A stretch of DNA of 64,000 nucleotides from NCBI GenBank assembly GCA_031277095.1, contig JAISLU010000023.1:5-64004 (forward strand). Direction: 5' to 3'. How positions within the stretch are numbered: position 1 is the first letter of the stretch; every line of letters begins with the position of its first letter. A program made the translations under genes and the position numbers. This stretch comes from Synergistaceae bacterium (GTDB lineage: Bacteria > Synergistota > Synergistia > Synergistales > Aminobacteriaceae). The notes beneath the pieces are model-generated. The model searched no databases. It saw only the letters and a list, made by a program, of their open reading frames with translations, and had not been told where the DNA came from. Shown one piece after another: positions 24,980 to 34,782 of the stretch.

Positions 24980-25063
24980 CCTTTCATTCAGCCTTTCATT
25001 TAACCTTTCACTCAGTCTTTCATTCAGTCTTTCACTCAGCCTTCCATTCGGGCCTTCATTGCC
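24980..25063. repeat. Non-coding tandem array 12 nt x7 (CCTTTCATTCAG-type) downstream of the ankyrin gene
   Basis: CCTTTCATTCAG CCTTTCATTTAA CCTTTCACTCAG TCTTTCATTCAG TCTTTCACTCAG CCTTCCATTCGG GCCTTCATTGCC. Confidence 0.9.
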
Positions 25064-25330
25064 CGATTCCTGGAAATCCACCCACTCATTCACCGAGTCG
25101 TCAAAGCGCCGTGATGAATATTCCCATGCGCTTTTAATTCACTGATATATAATTATAAAACTTTCAATTACATTGCGTTATGATATATAACTATTATAAA
25201 GTAAGTTTATGGCTTAATTTATATACCTAAAATATTTTAAGTATTAATATATACTAAATTTAAATAACGAATGCTAGAATCTCACCTGCAGCACCTCCCT
25301 GTGTTGCGAGGCCGGCCATCCACCGGCGAT

Positions 25331-25360
25331 AAGGTCGCTGTTTACAGCGGCCTTATTTTT
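25331..25360 (+). terminator. Rho-independent terminator with no CDS immediately upstream
   Basis: AAGGTCGCTG-TTTA-CAGCGGCCTT (10 bp, one G-U pair) followed by ATTTTT. Confidence 0.65.
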
Positions 25361-25524
25361 AGGATATCGTAGTTTTCATTGCCGCCCCATTCGCAAATTT
25401 TCGCATATTTTTCAAATTTTCTTGGCTCCTTGATTGAGCGGCTGCTTGGGTCGCTTGGGTTTACTTTCCCTTTCCCTGTTTCATGGTAAAATGATCTTTT
25501 AAACTATCAAAGGGGTGAAACGGA

Positions 25525-26766
25525 ATGGACTTTTTAAAATTTTTTTTGGTCAATAACCCGATCGACGCCGGTTTGGGGCTGATCGCCGTCGTCATGCTGG
25601 CTTACGCCATCGGAGATATTGTCTCGAACAAAACAAAGGCGCTGTTTTCCATGATTTTCGTCACGGGCGCGATTTTCCTCTTTTCCTTCTGGGGCGGCCT
25701 GCCGAAGGAAATATTCAACATGTCGGGGCTCATGCCCTTCGCTGCCATGTCCATGCCCTTCATTCTGGTCCAGATGGGGACTTTGATGAAGGTCAAGAAT
25801 CTTATCAACGAGTGGAAAACCGTCACTGTCGCTCTTGTGGGCCTGGTCGGCTTATCCGTGGGGCTCTTTTACATCGCGGGGCCGGTCATTGGCGGTGTGA
25901 TGGCGCTCACGGCGGCGGGGCCCATTTCCGGAGGTGTCGTCGCCACGATTATTGTTCGTGAAGCCGCTGAAGCCAAAGGTTTTGCTGATTTGGCCGTTTT
26001 TGCCTCTCTGCTGCTGGTTCTCCAGAATTTTGTGGGGCTTCCCGTCGCTTCGGTGTGCCTCAAGTTCGAGAGCGCGCGCCTCCTGAAGAAATTTCGCTCG
26101 AACTCGGCGGACCAGGTGGGGGAGGCCGCGAAGATCGACCCCGAGGTCCCTGCGTTTCGGATATTCCCGGAGACGCCCAAAGCCCTGCGGACACCCTTCG
26201 TTCTGCTTTTCAAAGGGGCGCTGGTGGCCTACTTGGCGGTGTGGTTCTCTCCTGTCCTCTCCAGCCTCACGGGAGGCTACGTCAATATCCACAAGCTGGT
26301 TCTCGCCCTCATCTTCGGGATCGTTTTCTACGAAACAGGGTTTTTGGAGCATGACATTTTCACCAAGGCCAACGCCGGGGGGTACATGACGTTCTTCTGC
26401 CTCGTCCCCATCTGGACGGGGCTGACCGCCGCCACTCCCGAAATGGTCGTGAATCTCTTCAAGCCGGCCCTTTTCTGTTTCGCCGTCACACTGGTGGCGC
26501 TGGCCGTCACGTCCTTGCTCACGGGCCCGATTTTAGGTTACTCGTGGTTTGCCGCTATGGCCATCAGCGTAACGTGCCTCTTCGGTTTCCCCGGAACCTT
26601 CATTCTCTCCAACGAGGTCAGCACGGCCGTCACGGAGGACGAGGAAGAAAGGAAATATGTCCTGAGCCAGATTTTACCCAAAATGCTGGTCGGCGGGTTC
26701 ACTACGGTTACCATCGGTTCCGTCATCCTGGGCGGATACCTGGCCCAGATCATCAAAAATCTGTGA
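25525..26766 (+). CDS. Polytopic membrane protein, putative transporter (family not recognised)
   Basis: About 11-12 hydrophobic segments in two halves joined by a charged loop. It sits immediately upstream of an amidohydrolase gene. Confidence 0.6.
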   Translation: MDFLKFFLVNNPIDAGLGLIAVVMLAYAIGDIVSNKTKALFSMIFVTGAIFLFSFWGGLPKEIFNMSGLMPFAAMSMPFILVQMGTLMKVKNLINEWKTVTVALVGLVGLSVGLFYIAGPVIGGVMALTAAGPISGGVVATIIVREAAEAKGFADLAVFASLLLVLQNFVGLPVASVCLKFESARLLKKFRSNSADQVGEAAKIDPEVPAFRIFPETPKALRTPFVLLFKGALVAYLAVWFSPVLSSLTGGYVNIHKLVLALIFGIVFYETGFLEHDIFTKANAGGYMTFFCLVPIWTGLTAATPEMVVNLFKPALFCFAVTLVALAVTSLLTGPILGYSWFAAMAISVTCLFGFPGTFILSNEVSTAVTEDEEERKYVLSQILPKMLVGGFTTVTIGSVILGGYLAQIIKNL

Positions 26767-26814
26767 AAACCATTTTGTGCAAACTATTTTGTGCAAAGGA
26801 CAAGGAGAACGAAC

Positions 26815-28005
26815 ATGCTGGAGAAAATCAAAACCATAGCGAAAAAATATGAGGGAGAGATCATCGAGACGCGGCGTCATTTCCATAAAAACCCGGAAAC
26901 GTCGTGGAACGAGGTGGAAACGACCCGGCGTATTGCGGAGGAGCTCGAAAAGCTGGGGTACGAGAACATCAAAGTAGGCTTCGGCGGCACCCAGAGCGGA
27001 GTCGTCGCCGACATCGGAACGAAAGCCGGTAAATGCGTCGCCCTCCGCGCGGACATCGACGCCCTTCCTCTGAACGACGAGAAGGACGTGCCCTACAAGT
27101 CCCAGAAAGAGAACGCGATGCACGCCTGCGGCCACGACGCCCATACCTCCATGCTTCTGGGCGCGGCAAAGGTTCTCGCGGAGATCAAATCGGAGCTGAA
27201 GGGAAGGGTGCGCCTTCTTTTCCAGCCCGCCGAGGAACACGGGATAAAACCCGGAGCGCAGGCACTGGTTGACGGAGGGGCGCTGGAAGGTGTGAGCGCC
27301 GTATTTGGCATTCACGTGATGTCCCCTGTCCCCTCCGGAGAGTTTCACTATCGGGCGGGCCCTTTCATGGCGGCGGCCGACGCCTGGGAGCTGACTTTGA
27401 CGGGCAAGGGCGGCCACGGCTCCATGCCCGAGGGCGCCATTGACCCTATTATCGCAGCCTTTCAGCTTGGTGGCGCGCTTCAGACCATCGTCTCCCGGGA
27501 GGTTTCCCCCAAAGACACCGCCGTGGTGAGTATCGGCGGAATGAGGACGTCGTCCCATGTTTTCAACATCATTCCCGAACGTGTAGAGATGAACGGGTCC
27601 GTCCGGACGTTCCGCGGCGAGGTCCAGGACTGCGTGGAAGCGGCCATGAGGCGTATCATCGGGGGAATCTGCGACTGTACCCGCTGCAAGGCCGACTTCA
27701 AGTACAACCGCGTTCTCCCCGCAACGGTCAACGACGCCGGCATCACGGAATTGGTCAAGTCGGTGGCCGAATCTCTTTTGGGCGCGGACAAAGTGAAAGA
27801 ATCGCCCCTCAACATGGGGTCGGAGGACTTCAGCCACTACGGGCGAGTCGTCCCTTCCGCCTTCGCCTTCCTGGGAACCGGCCGCGCGGACAAAAAGACC
27901 GACGCCCCCCACCACTCTCCGAAGTTCGACGTGGACGAAAGCGTACTCTTCGAGGGCGCGGCCATGTACGCGGCCTTCGCCTGGTCGTATCTCGCAAAAG
28001 CATGA
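26815..28005 (+). CDS. M20D family amidohydrolase (N-acyl-amino-acid / hippurate hydrolase type)
   Basis: MHACGHDAHTSMLLGAA, LLFQPAEE and GGHGSMPE motifs. ATG 26815 follows AAGGAGAA. Confidence 0.85.
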   Translation: MLEKIKTIAKKYEGEIIETRRHFHKNPETSWNEVETTRRIAEELEKLGYENIKVGFGGTQSGVVADIGTKAGKCVALRADIDALPLNDEKDVPYKSQKENAMHACGHDAHTSMLLGAAKVLAEIKSELKGRVRLLFQPAEEHGIKPGAQALVDGGALEGVSAVFGIHVMSPVPSGEFHYRAGPFMAAADAWELTLTGKGGHGSMPEGAIDPIIAAFQLGGALQTIVSREVSPKDTAVVSIGGMRTSSHVFNIIPERVEMNGSVRTFRGEVQDCVEAAMRRIIGGICDCTRCKADFKYNRVLPATVNDAGITELVKSVAESLLGADKVKESPLNMGSEDFSHYGRVVPSAFAFLGTGRADKKTDAPHHSPKFDVDESVLFEGAAMYAAFAWSYLAKA

Positions 28006-28073
28006 CATCGAGAATGACATTGAGAATGACATCAATGACATAAAAATCTGACATAAAAACCTGACATAAAAAC
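28002..28073. repeat. Tandem array beginning at the amidohydrolase stop codon (ATGACAT / CTGACATAAAAA units)
   Basis: CATGACATCGAGA ATGACATTGAGA ATGACATCA ATGACATAAAAATC TGACATAAAAACC TGACATAAAAACC. Confidence 0.9.
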
Positions 28074-28168
28074 CGCAATAAACGAAATGAGCGATTGACG
28101 AAAAACGTTTTTGGAAAAATAATAAACTAGAGATTCCTCACCATTTCAAAAAATTAGGAGGGTGCGAA

Positions 28169-29170
28169 GTGAAGTCAGAAAAAATTCGGATGTTGTCGAC
28201 GGTCTGCATGGTGCTTCTCGGCATTTTCGCGGAGGCGGCTGCGTTCGCGGGGGTGCCGAACATAGCGGCGCTCATTTACAAGTATGACGACACGTATGTT
28301 TCGACCGTGCGCAACGCGCTGAGCAAAGCATTCGACGGCAAAGCAAACCTCACCATGAAGGATGGCGAGGGCCAACAGGCCATCCAGAACGACCAGCTCG
28401 ACGTCGTGATTGAAAAGAAAATGGACGGGATCATCGTGAACATGGTCGACGCTCAGGCGGCGGGCGGCGTGGTGGAGAAAATCAAGGCGGCCGGCATTCC
28501 CGTGGTGTTTTTCAACCGCGAGCCGGATCTGAACGTACTCAAGGGTTACGACAAGGCCGTTTTCGTTGGAACCAACGTGGTCGAAGCGGGCAAGCTGCAG
28601 GGCGACATCATCAAGAGCCTGTGGGACGCGAACCCGAATTTCGACCTCAACAAGGACGGTCAGTTTCAGTACGTCATGTTCAAGGGCGAGCCCGACAACC
28701 CCGAAGCCATAGCGCGCACCGAATTCAGCGTGAAACAGGCCGAGGCCAACGGCGTGAAAATGGCTCAGATAGGCGAGACGTTCGTGTGCAACTGGGACAC
28801 CGCTCAGGCTGAGACGGCCATGGAATCGGCGCTGGCGTCGAACGAGGGCAAGATCGAACTCGTCATCGCGAACAACGATGCGATGGCTTTGGGCGCGATA
28901 GCCGCTCTCTCCGGCATCGGCTATAACGTGGAAGGCGGAAGCAAGTTCATCCCCGTAATCGGAGTAGACGCCACGAATCCGGCGGTCGACGCGATAGGCA
29001 AGGGGATTATGAGCGGCACGGTGAAACTGGACGGAGAGGCTATGGGCGAGGCGATCGCGGCTATCATGCTCAACATGACGGCGGGCAAGGCTCCTCTCGA
29101 CGGAACCCAGTATACATACGACGACAGCGGCATAGCCGTCCGCATCCCCTACTCTCCTTACGTGAAATAA
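28169..29170 (+). CDS. mglB: Galactose/glucose ABC transporter substrate-binding protein
   Basis: Signal peptide, then [16 protein letters not shown], resembling the MglB N-terminus. GTG start lies 8 nt after AGGAGG. Confidence 0.85.
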   Translation: MKSEKIRMLSTVCMVLLGIFAEAAAFAGVPNIAALIYKYDDTYVSTVRNALSKAFDGKANLTMKDGEGQQAIQNDQLDVVIEKKMDGIIVNMVDAQAAGGVVEKIKAAGIPVVFFNREPDLNVLKGYDKAVFVGTNVVEAGKLQGDIIKSLWDANPNFDLNKDGQFQYVMFKGEPDNPEAIARTEFSVKQAEANGVKMAQIGETFVCNWDTAQAETAMESALASNEGKIELVIANNDAMALGAIAALSGIGYNVEGGSKFIPVIGVDATNPAVDAIGKGIMSGTVKLDGEAMGEAIAAIMLNMTAGKAPLDGTQYTYDDSGIAVRIPYSPYVK

Positions 29171-29178
29171 CGAAAAAA

Positions 29179-29208
29179 AACCGCCCCGGGAACCTTCACG
29201 GAGCGGTT
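29179..29208 (+). other. Intercistronic hairpin between mglB and mglA
   Basis: AACCGCCCCG-10 nt-CGGAGCGGTT (10 bp, 1 mismatch) with no U-tract. Possibly an mRNA-stabilising or processing hairpin. Confidence 0.4.
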
Positions 29209-29237
29209 TCTCCGGCCAAAGACGAATAAAAAGACTA

Positions 29238-30761
29238 ATGAACGAAGAGACTGAGGCTTCATCGGAAACAGGCGGCTATATACTTGAAATGAACGGCGTT
29301 GACAAGTCCTTCCCCGGGGTAAAAGCCCTGGATCGGGCCGAGCTGCGCCTCAGAGCGGGCACGGTTCACGCTCTCATGGGAGAGAACGGCGCCGGCAAAT
29401 CCACGCTGATGAAGTGTCTTTTCGGCATATACCGCGCAGACAGCGGCGAAATATCCGTGATGGGCAAACCGGTCCGTTTCAGCGGGCCGAAGGAGGCCTT
29501 GGAGAGCGGCGTCGCCGTGGTTCATCAGGAACTGAATCAGGTATTGAAGCGCAGCGTGATGGAAAACATATGGCTGGGGCGATTCCCCCAAAGATACGGC
29601 TTCGTGAGCCACAAAACGATGTACGAGCGTTCGGCGTCGATTTTCCGCGAACTCGAGATCGACGTGAACCCGCGAATGATCATAGGCCGCCTTGGCGTCT
29701 CCCAGCGCCAGATGGTGGAAATAGCCAAAGCGGTATCCTACAACGCTAAAATCCTGGTTCTCGACGAACCGACCAGCTCTCTCACAAACGACGAAGTGGA
29801 ACGCCTTTTCAGGATAATAAGTAAACTCCGTTCGAGGGGAGTGGGGATTATATATATATCCCACAAAATGGAAGAAATACTCGAAATTTCGGACGAAGTG
29901 ACTGTAATGCGGGACGGTTGCTGGATCGGAACCGAAACCGTGTCGTCTCTCACCGTGGACAAGATAATAAAAATGATGGTCGGACGCGACCTCATTCAGC
30001 GTTTCCCCCCGAAGACCAACGAGCCGGGGGATGAATTGCTGGCCGTCGAAGGGCTCACGGGCATGTATGCGCCGACCTGCCGGGAGGTGAGTTTCACCCT
30101 GAGACGGGGTGAAATCCTGGGCGTGGCCGGGTTCGTCGGAAGCCGCCGCACGGAATTGCTCGAAACCATTTTCGGCATAGCTCACCGTTCGGGTGGAGTC
30201 ATTCGTAAGGACGGGTGCCCCGTGGTCAACAAAAACTCTGCGGACGCGATTAAAAACGGCTTCGCCATGATCACGGAGGAACGACGGGCCACCGGCATAT
30301 TCTCTATGCTGGATATCACTTTCAACTCCACCGTGGCGAACATCAAAAGCTACGCCAAGCGTGGACTGCTCGATGGAAGCAGAATGTACGCCGACACCCA
30401 GTGGGTGATCGATAGCCTGAAGGTAAAAACGCCGTCGCACGGTACGCACATACGCGACCTGTCGGGCGGAAACCAGCAGAAAGTGATAATAGGGCGCTGG
30501 CTCCTCACCAATCCCGACGTACTCTTGCTCGACGAACCCACGAGAGGCATCGACGTGGGCGCTAAGGCCGAGATATATCAGTTGATAATCAATCTGGCGG
30601 CGGAGGGCAAGGGCATAATCATGGTCTCCTCGGAAATGCCGGAACTGCTGGGCTTATCCGACAGGATAGCCGTGATGTCCGGAGGTCGTCTCGCCGGCAT
30701 ACTCGACGCGGCGGTCGCCACTCAGGAAGAGATAATGCGGCTCGCCGCTCTGTACGTTTAA
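29238..30761 (+). CDS. mglA: Galactose/methyl-galactoside ABC transporter ATP-binding protein
   Basis: [50 protein letters not shown] closely parallels MglA. Two ATPase domains. Confidence 0.9.
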   Translation: MNEETEASSETGGYILEMNGVDKSFPGVKALDRAELRLRAGTVHALMGENGAGKSTLMKCLFGIYRADSGEISVMGKPVRFSGPKEALESGVAVVHQELNQVLKRSVMENIWLGRFPQRYGFVSHKTMYERSASIFRELEIDVNPRMIIGRLGVSQRQMVEIAKAVSYNAKILVLDEPTSSLTNDEVERLFRIISKLRSRGVGIIYISHKMEEILEISDEVTVMRDGCWIGTETVSSLTVDKIIKMMVGRDLIQRFPPKTNEPGDELLAVEGLTGMYAPTCREVSFTLRRGEILGVAGFVGSRRTELLETIFGIAHRSGGVIRKDGCPVVNKNSADAIKNGFAMITEERRATGIFSMLDITFNSTVANIKSYAKRGLLDGSRMYADTQWVIDSLKVKTPSHGTHIRDLSGGNQQKVIIGRWLLTNPDVLLLDEPTRGIDVGAKAEIYQLIINLAAEGKGIIMVSSEMPELLGLSDRIAVMSGGRLAGILDAAVATQEEIMRLAALYV

Positions 30762-30793
30762 CCGGGACGTTTAATTGGGGAGGAATATTCAAC

Positions 30794-31840
30794 ATGACGG
30801 ATACCGGCGCGAAATGGAAAGAGTGGAAATGGAAAGAATGGAAATGGAAGGAGTGGCTCCTGAACTACTCGCTCTACGTTATTCTCGGAGTCCTGATAAT
30901 AGCCGTGGTGGTGAAGGAACCTGGTTTCCTCTCACTGAACAACTTCAGCAAAATAATGGCCCAGGCTTCGACCAAGGGCATACTGGCGCTGGGCGTGGCG
31001 GGAATGATAGTCTACACCGGCACCGACCTTTCCGCAGGGCGAATTCTGGGATGCGCGGCGGCCGTATCGGCGTCCCTCCTGCAAAGCGTCACTTACGCGT
31101 CGCGGATGTACCCCAATATTACGGAGCCGCTGCCCCTCGTCGTCCCTCTGCTGCTCGCGATGATGGTGAGCATGATGTTTTGCTGTCTGAACGCCTTCGG
31201 CATAGCGATACTCAAAATGCACGCCTTCATCGTATCTCTTGGTACGCAGCTCGTAGCCTACGGCGTGCTGTGCCTTTATATCGACAGCCAGCAGCACGGC
31301 GCGCAGCCGCTGGCAAGCCTCGATCCGCGCTATATACACATAGTGAACGGCTACTTCGACCTCGGTTTCATGCATCTGCCGTATCTGGTCGTGTATCTCG
31401 CTATATGCTCGGCTTTCATGTGGGTTGTCTGGAACAAGACCACCATCGGTAAAAATATGTTCGCGATAGGCGGCAACCTCGAAGCCGCCGCGGTATCGGG
31501 AGTCAATGTCACCAAAAACATCTTCTGCGTATATCTGATAGCCGGCGCGCTCTACGGCATAGCGGCGTTCCTCGAAGCGGGCAGGGTGCAGAGCGTCACC
31601 ACCTCGACCGGCCTCAACTACGATCTCGACGCGATAAGCGGGTGCGTCATCGGCGGCGTCTCCTTCGCCGGAGGCGTCGGAACCATACCCGGCGTCCTGA
31701 TGGGAGTCATCATATTGCAAGCCATAAACTACAGCCTGTATTATCTCAACGTACACGCCTATTATCAGTACATCATCAAGGGACTGATAATAATAGTGGC
31801 GGTGGCCATCGATGTCCGCAAGTACATCGCGAAGAAGTAG
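30794..31840 (+). CDS. mglC: Galactose ABC transporter permease
   Basis: ILALGVAGMIVYTGTDLSAGR and an overall MglC-like topology. The N-terminus has a KWKEW x3 repeat. Confidence 0.85.
   Translation: MTDTGAKWKEWKWKEWKWKEWLLNYSLYVILGVLIIAVVVKEPGFLSLNNFSKIMAQASTKGILALGVAGMIVYTGTDLSAGRILGCAAAVSASLLQSVTYASRMYPNITEPLPLVVPLLLAMMVSMMFCCLNAFGIAILKMHAFIVSLGTQLVAYGVLCLYIDSQQHGAQPLASLDPRYIHIVNGYFDLGFMHLPYLVVYLAICSAFMWVVWNKTTIGKNMFAIGGNLEAAAVSGVNVTKNIFCVYLIAGALYGIAAFLEAGRVQSVTTSTGLNYDLDAISGCVIGGVSFAGGVGTIPGVLMGVIILQAINYSLYYLNVHAYYQYIIKGLIIIVAVAIDVRKYIAKK
30812..30856 (+). repeat. Tandem array 15 nt x3 (AAATGGAAAGAGTGG) in codons 7-21 of mglC
   Basis: Read directly. Confidence 0.9.
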
Positions 31841-31844
31841 AAAA

Positions 31845-32009
31845 ATGCCGCCGGAAGAAGAAGCCGAAAGACTCGCGTCGCGCGCCGCTGGAATCAGACG
31901 CAACCCTTACGAGAACATCGACGTTTCGCTTCGCACCCTCGATATCGTCATCGCCGCCTGTTCGGCCGCGACAATCATTTTATTGCTGCTCGGGATATTT
32001 GCCGGGTAA
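31845..32009 (+). CDS. Small hypothetical membrane protein (54 aa)
   Basis: MPPEEEAERLASRAAGIRRNPYENIDVSLRTLDIVIAACSAATIILLLLGIFAG, with one C-terminal TM segment and backbone-like GC. No clear RBS. Confidence 0.35.
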   Translation: MPPEEEAERLASRAAGIRRNPYENIDVSLRTLDIVIAACSAATIILLLLGIFAG

Positions 32010-32393
32010 GCGTCAAATAGACAGTCCCACCGTTTAGACCCGTCAATTTTTACTTTTTTATTTAATGAGCTTCCATCTGTTGTCTGGGAATATTGTGTTA
32101 CGTTGTCACGCATATTCCGTTCAAACCTTCTGCCCGCGAATACGCTCAGGCACGTATTTCCCCAAGGGCCGAACGAGTTCCGCCTCCCCCCTGAGCTCGA
32201 ACGGTTACAATTTTTTGAATTCGAATTTGAATTTGAGATTTGAAATTTATCGATGTGACATTATTGACATTAATCGGGGTAATATATTACAATTTTGTCC
32301 TCATTGCACGGTACGATAAATATTGGCATGGTTGTCGTTGTCCTTAACATCATTTCATCACCAAAAGAAACAAAAAGGAGGTCTGATCCGTCC

Positions 32394-33155
32394 ATGTTGA
32401 AAGATAAGGTAACCATTGTTACAGGTGCGGCGAGCGGCATCGGGTTGAGCGTTGCGCAGGAATTTGCCAAAGACGGCGCCAAGGTCGTGATGGCAGATGT
32501 GAGCGAAGCGAAGCTCAAAGAAGAGTCCGAGAAAATCGGTCAAAGTTATTTTCCTGTAGATTTGACCAAGCGAGCGGGATGCAGAGGGCTGGTGGATTTT
32601 ACCCTCGAAAAGCACAAAAGGGTGGATGTCCTCGTAAACGTGGCGGGCGTACAGACAGTGGCCCCTATCGATCAATTTCCGGAAGACCGCTGGGACTTCA
32701 TCATCGCCCTCATGCTCACGGCTCCCTTCTATCTCACGAAATACGTTTGGCCTTCCATGAAACAAAACGAGTGGGGTCGTATCATCAACCTGAACTCGAT
32801 TCACGGCCTGGTCGCCTCCGAATTCAAATCGGCCTATGTCTCGGCCAAACATGGTCTGATGGGACTCACGAAAACCGCAGGACTGGAAGGCGGACCGTTG
32901 GGTATCACCGTCAATTCCATCTGTCCGGCGTACGTGCGTACTCCTTTAGTGGACAATCAAATTGCCGATCAAGCAAAATCTCACGGAATCAGCGAAGAAG
33001 AAGTTGTCTCCAATATCATGCTTGTCAAATCCAGCATTAAAAAATTGTTGGAACCCAAAACCGTAGCAGATATCGCCAAATTTTTGTGTTCTCCTGCAGC
33101 AAATTCCATTACGGGCGCGGCAATCCCCGTAGATGGCGGGTGGACTGCAGGTTAA
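32394..33155 (+). CDS. bdhA: 3-hydroxybutyrate dehydrogenase (SDR family)
   Basis: TGAASGIG, NVAGVQ, YVSAKHG and PAYVRTPLV motifs, with an end typical of BdhA. AGGAGG lies upstream of ATG 32394. Confidence 0.8.
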   Translation: MLKDKVTIVTGAASGIGLSVAQEFAKDGAKVVMADVSEAKLKEESEKIGQSYFPVDLTKRAGCRGLVDFTLEKHKRVDVLVNVAGVQTVAPIDQFPEDRWDFIIALMLTAPFYLTKYVWPSMKQNEWGRIINLNSIHGLVASEFKSAYVSAKHGLMGLTKTAGLEGGPLGITVNSICPAYVRTPLVDNQIADQAKSHGISEEEVVSNIMLVKSSIKKLLEPKTVADIAKFLCSPAANSITGAAIPVDGGWTAG

Positions 33156-33316
33156 ACGGGCCTCGTGGGGTTTCTCTCCGACGAGTGAAGTGCTTTAGCG
33201 CCTCTCATTATTTTTGTTACCGACAATTGATGATTGATTACTGCAATATTTCGTGCCTGCAATGATTTTTGCAACAATTTTAGTGCATATGCCGCACCCG
33301 ATGAAGGGGGAGGAAA

Positions 33317-34606
33317 ATGAATATATCGTTGGTTGGTATTTTTGTGGGATTGGTCCTATTGATGTTTCTCGCGTACCGAGGTCATTCCATCATCTGGGTG
33401 GCGCCGGCCTGTGCCGTTGTGGTCGCTGCGCTGGGGGACCTGAATATTCTCGATTCTTATCTGGGAGATTACATGAAGGGCTTGGCCGGATACGTGGTCT
33501 CCTGGTTTCCGGCGTTTTTCCTGGGGGCCGTCTATGGCAAGGTCATGGACATGACGGGTTCGGCCCGCTCTCTGGCCGAGGCCCTGGTCAAGCTCATCGG
33601 AAGCAAACGCGCCGTTTTGGCCGTGACGCTCCCCTGCCTGTTGATGACGTACGGCGGGATCTCGCTGTTTGTCGTGGTTTTCGTTATTTATCCCATGGGC
33701 TATGCCATTTACCGAGCAGCCAATCTGCCTCGTACCCTTTTGCCCGGAGCCATCGCATTCGGTGCCTTCGGTATCACCATGACCTCCGTTCCCGGCACTC
33801 CCCAAATTCAAAACCTGATTCCCATGCAGTTCTATGGTACCACCCCCATGGCCGCGCCTCTCATGTCCATCGTAGGAATGGTCGTTATCGGCATTCCCGG
33901 TTACCTGTGGCTGGAATGGCGCGCCCGCAAGGCCATCAAAGAGGGCCGCGGGTTCGTGGAGGATCCCAAATTCGTCGAGGCGACCTCCGACCGCAGCGTG
34001 CTGCCGTCGTGGCACTGGCTGGCCGGGCTGCTTCCCGCCATTACGGTCATTCTCCTGTTGAACGCCTTCAAACAGCACATTGTCATTTCCCTCCTGGGAG
34101 GCATTCTGGTCTGCTGCGTCCTGAATTATAAACAGTACAAAATCCTCCTGCCCTCCATCAGCGAAGGCGCCAACGGCTCTTTGAGCGCCATCATGAACAC
34201 CTCCGCCGCTGTTGGATTTGGCTCGGTGGTGAAAGTGGTTCCCGGCTTCGCGGTTCTCACCGCCGCCATGATGAACATGCCGGGCAGCATTCTGTTTTCC
34301 GAAGCGGTGGCCGTCAACGTGCTGGCGGGCGCCACGGGTTCCGCGTCGGGGGGCATGTCCATCGCCCTGAACGCTTTGGCCCCGCAATATCTCGAAAGAG
34401 CTCTGGAGATCGGTATGAACCCGGAGCTTCTGCACCGTATCGCCTCCATCTCCTCCGGCGGCTTGGACACCCTTCCCCACAACGGGGCGGTGCTTACGCT
34501 GCTGGCCGTTGCCCACTGTACCCACAAAGAATCCTACGGTGACGTTTGTGTGACCACCTGCATCATCCCGGTCATTGCCTCTTTGGTGCTTGCTTTGGTG
34601 TTTTGA
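33317..34606 (+). CDS. GntP-family permease (probable 3-hydroxybutyrate / short-chain acid carrier)
   Basis: GntP-like N-terminus (LVLLMFLAYRGHSIIWVAP...) and about 12 TM segments. Substrate is inferred from context only. Confidence 0.75.
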   Translation: MNISLVGIFVGLVLLMFLAYRGHSIIWVAPACAVVVAALGDLNILDSYLGDYMKGLAGYVVSWFPAFFLGAVYGKVMDMTGSARSLAEALVKLIGSKRAVLAVTLPCLLMTYGGISLFVVVFVIYPMGYAIYRAANLPRTLLPGAIAFGAFGITMTSVPGTPQIQNLIPMQFYGTTPMAAPLMSIVGMVVIGIPGYLWLEWRARKAIKEGRGFVEDPKFVEATSDRSVLPSWHWLAGLLPAITVILLLNAFKQHIVISLLGGILVCCVLNYKQYKILLPSISEGANGSLSAIMNTSAAVGFGSVVKVVPGFAVLTAAMMNMPGSILFSEAVAVNVLAGATGSASGGMSIALNALAPQYLERALEIGMNPELLHRIASISSGGLDTLPHNGAVLTLLAVAHCTHKESYGDVCVTTCIIPVIASLVLALVF

Positions 34607-34659
34607 CCGTACTTCATCGAGCAAAGCCTTGACAAAATTATAACGAATGGCAAAATGAA

Positions 34660-34710
34660 ATGGCATGGAACTCTCGTAAATTTCAAGAGTTCTATGCCAT
34701 ATTTCGTTTT
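34660..34710 (+). terminator. Hairpin plus U-rich tract between the gntP-family gene and atoD (terminator or attenuator)
   Basis: ATGGCATGGAACTCT-11 nt-AGAGTTCTATGCCAT (15 bp, 1 mismatch) followed by ATTTCGTTTT. Confidence 0.5.
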
Positions 34711-34782
34711 GAAGAGGGCTTTTGAGGAGCGCACGTTTCGAGTGACGTCATGATACTGTAAATTTATGAAAGGGCTGATAAA

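Noticed and set aside
24980-25063. Possible CRISPR array (also considered for 11464-11575, 42643-42732 and 61309-61368)
   Set aside because: The units are only 12-15 nt and directly abut one another without unique spacers. No cas genes or leader are present.
24891-25145. 84-aa ORF encoding SLSLSFSLSLSL...
   Set aside because: The reading frame exists only because the 12-mer array lacks stops. There is no RBS and no recognisable protein features. It is kept only as a caveat in the corresponding finding.
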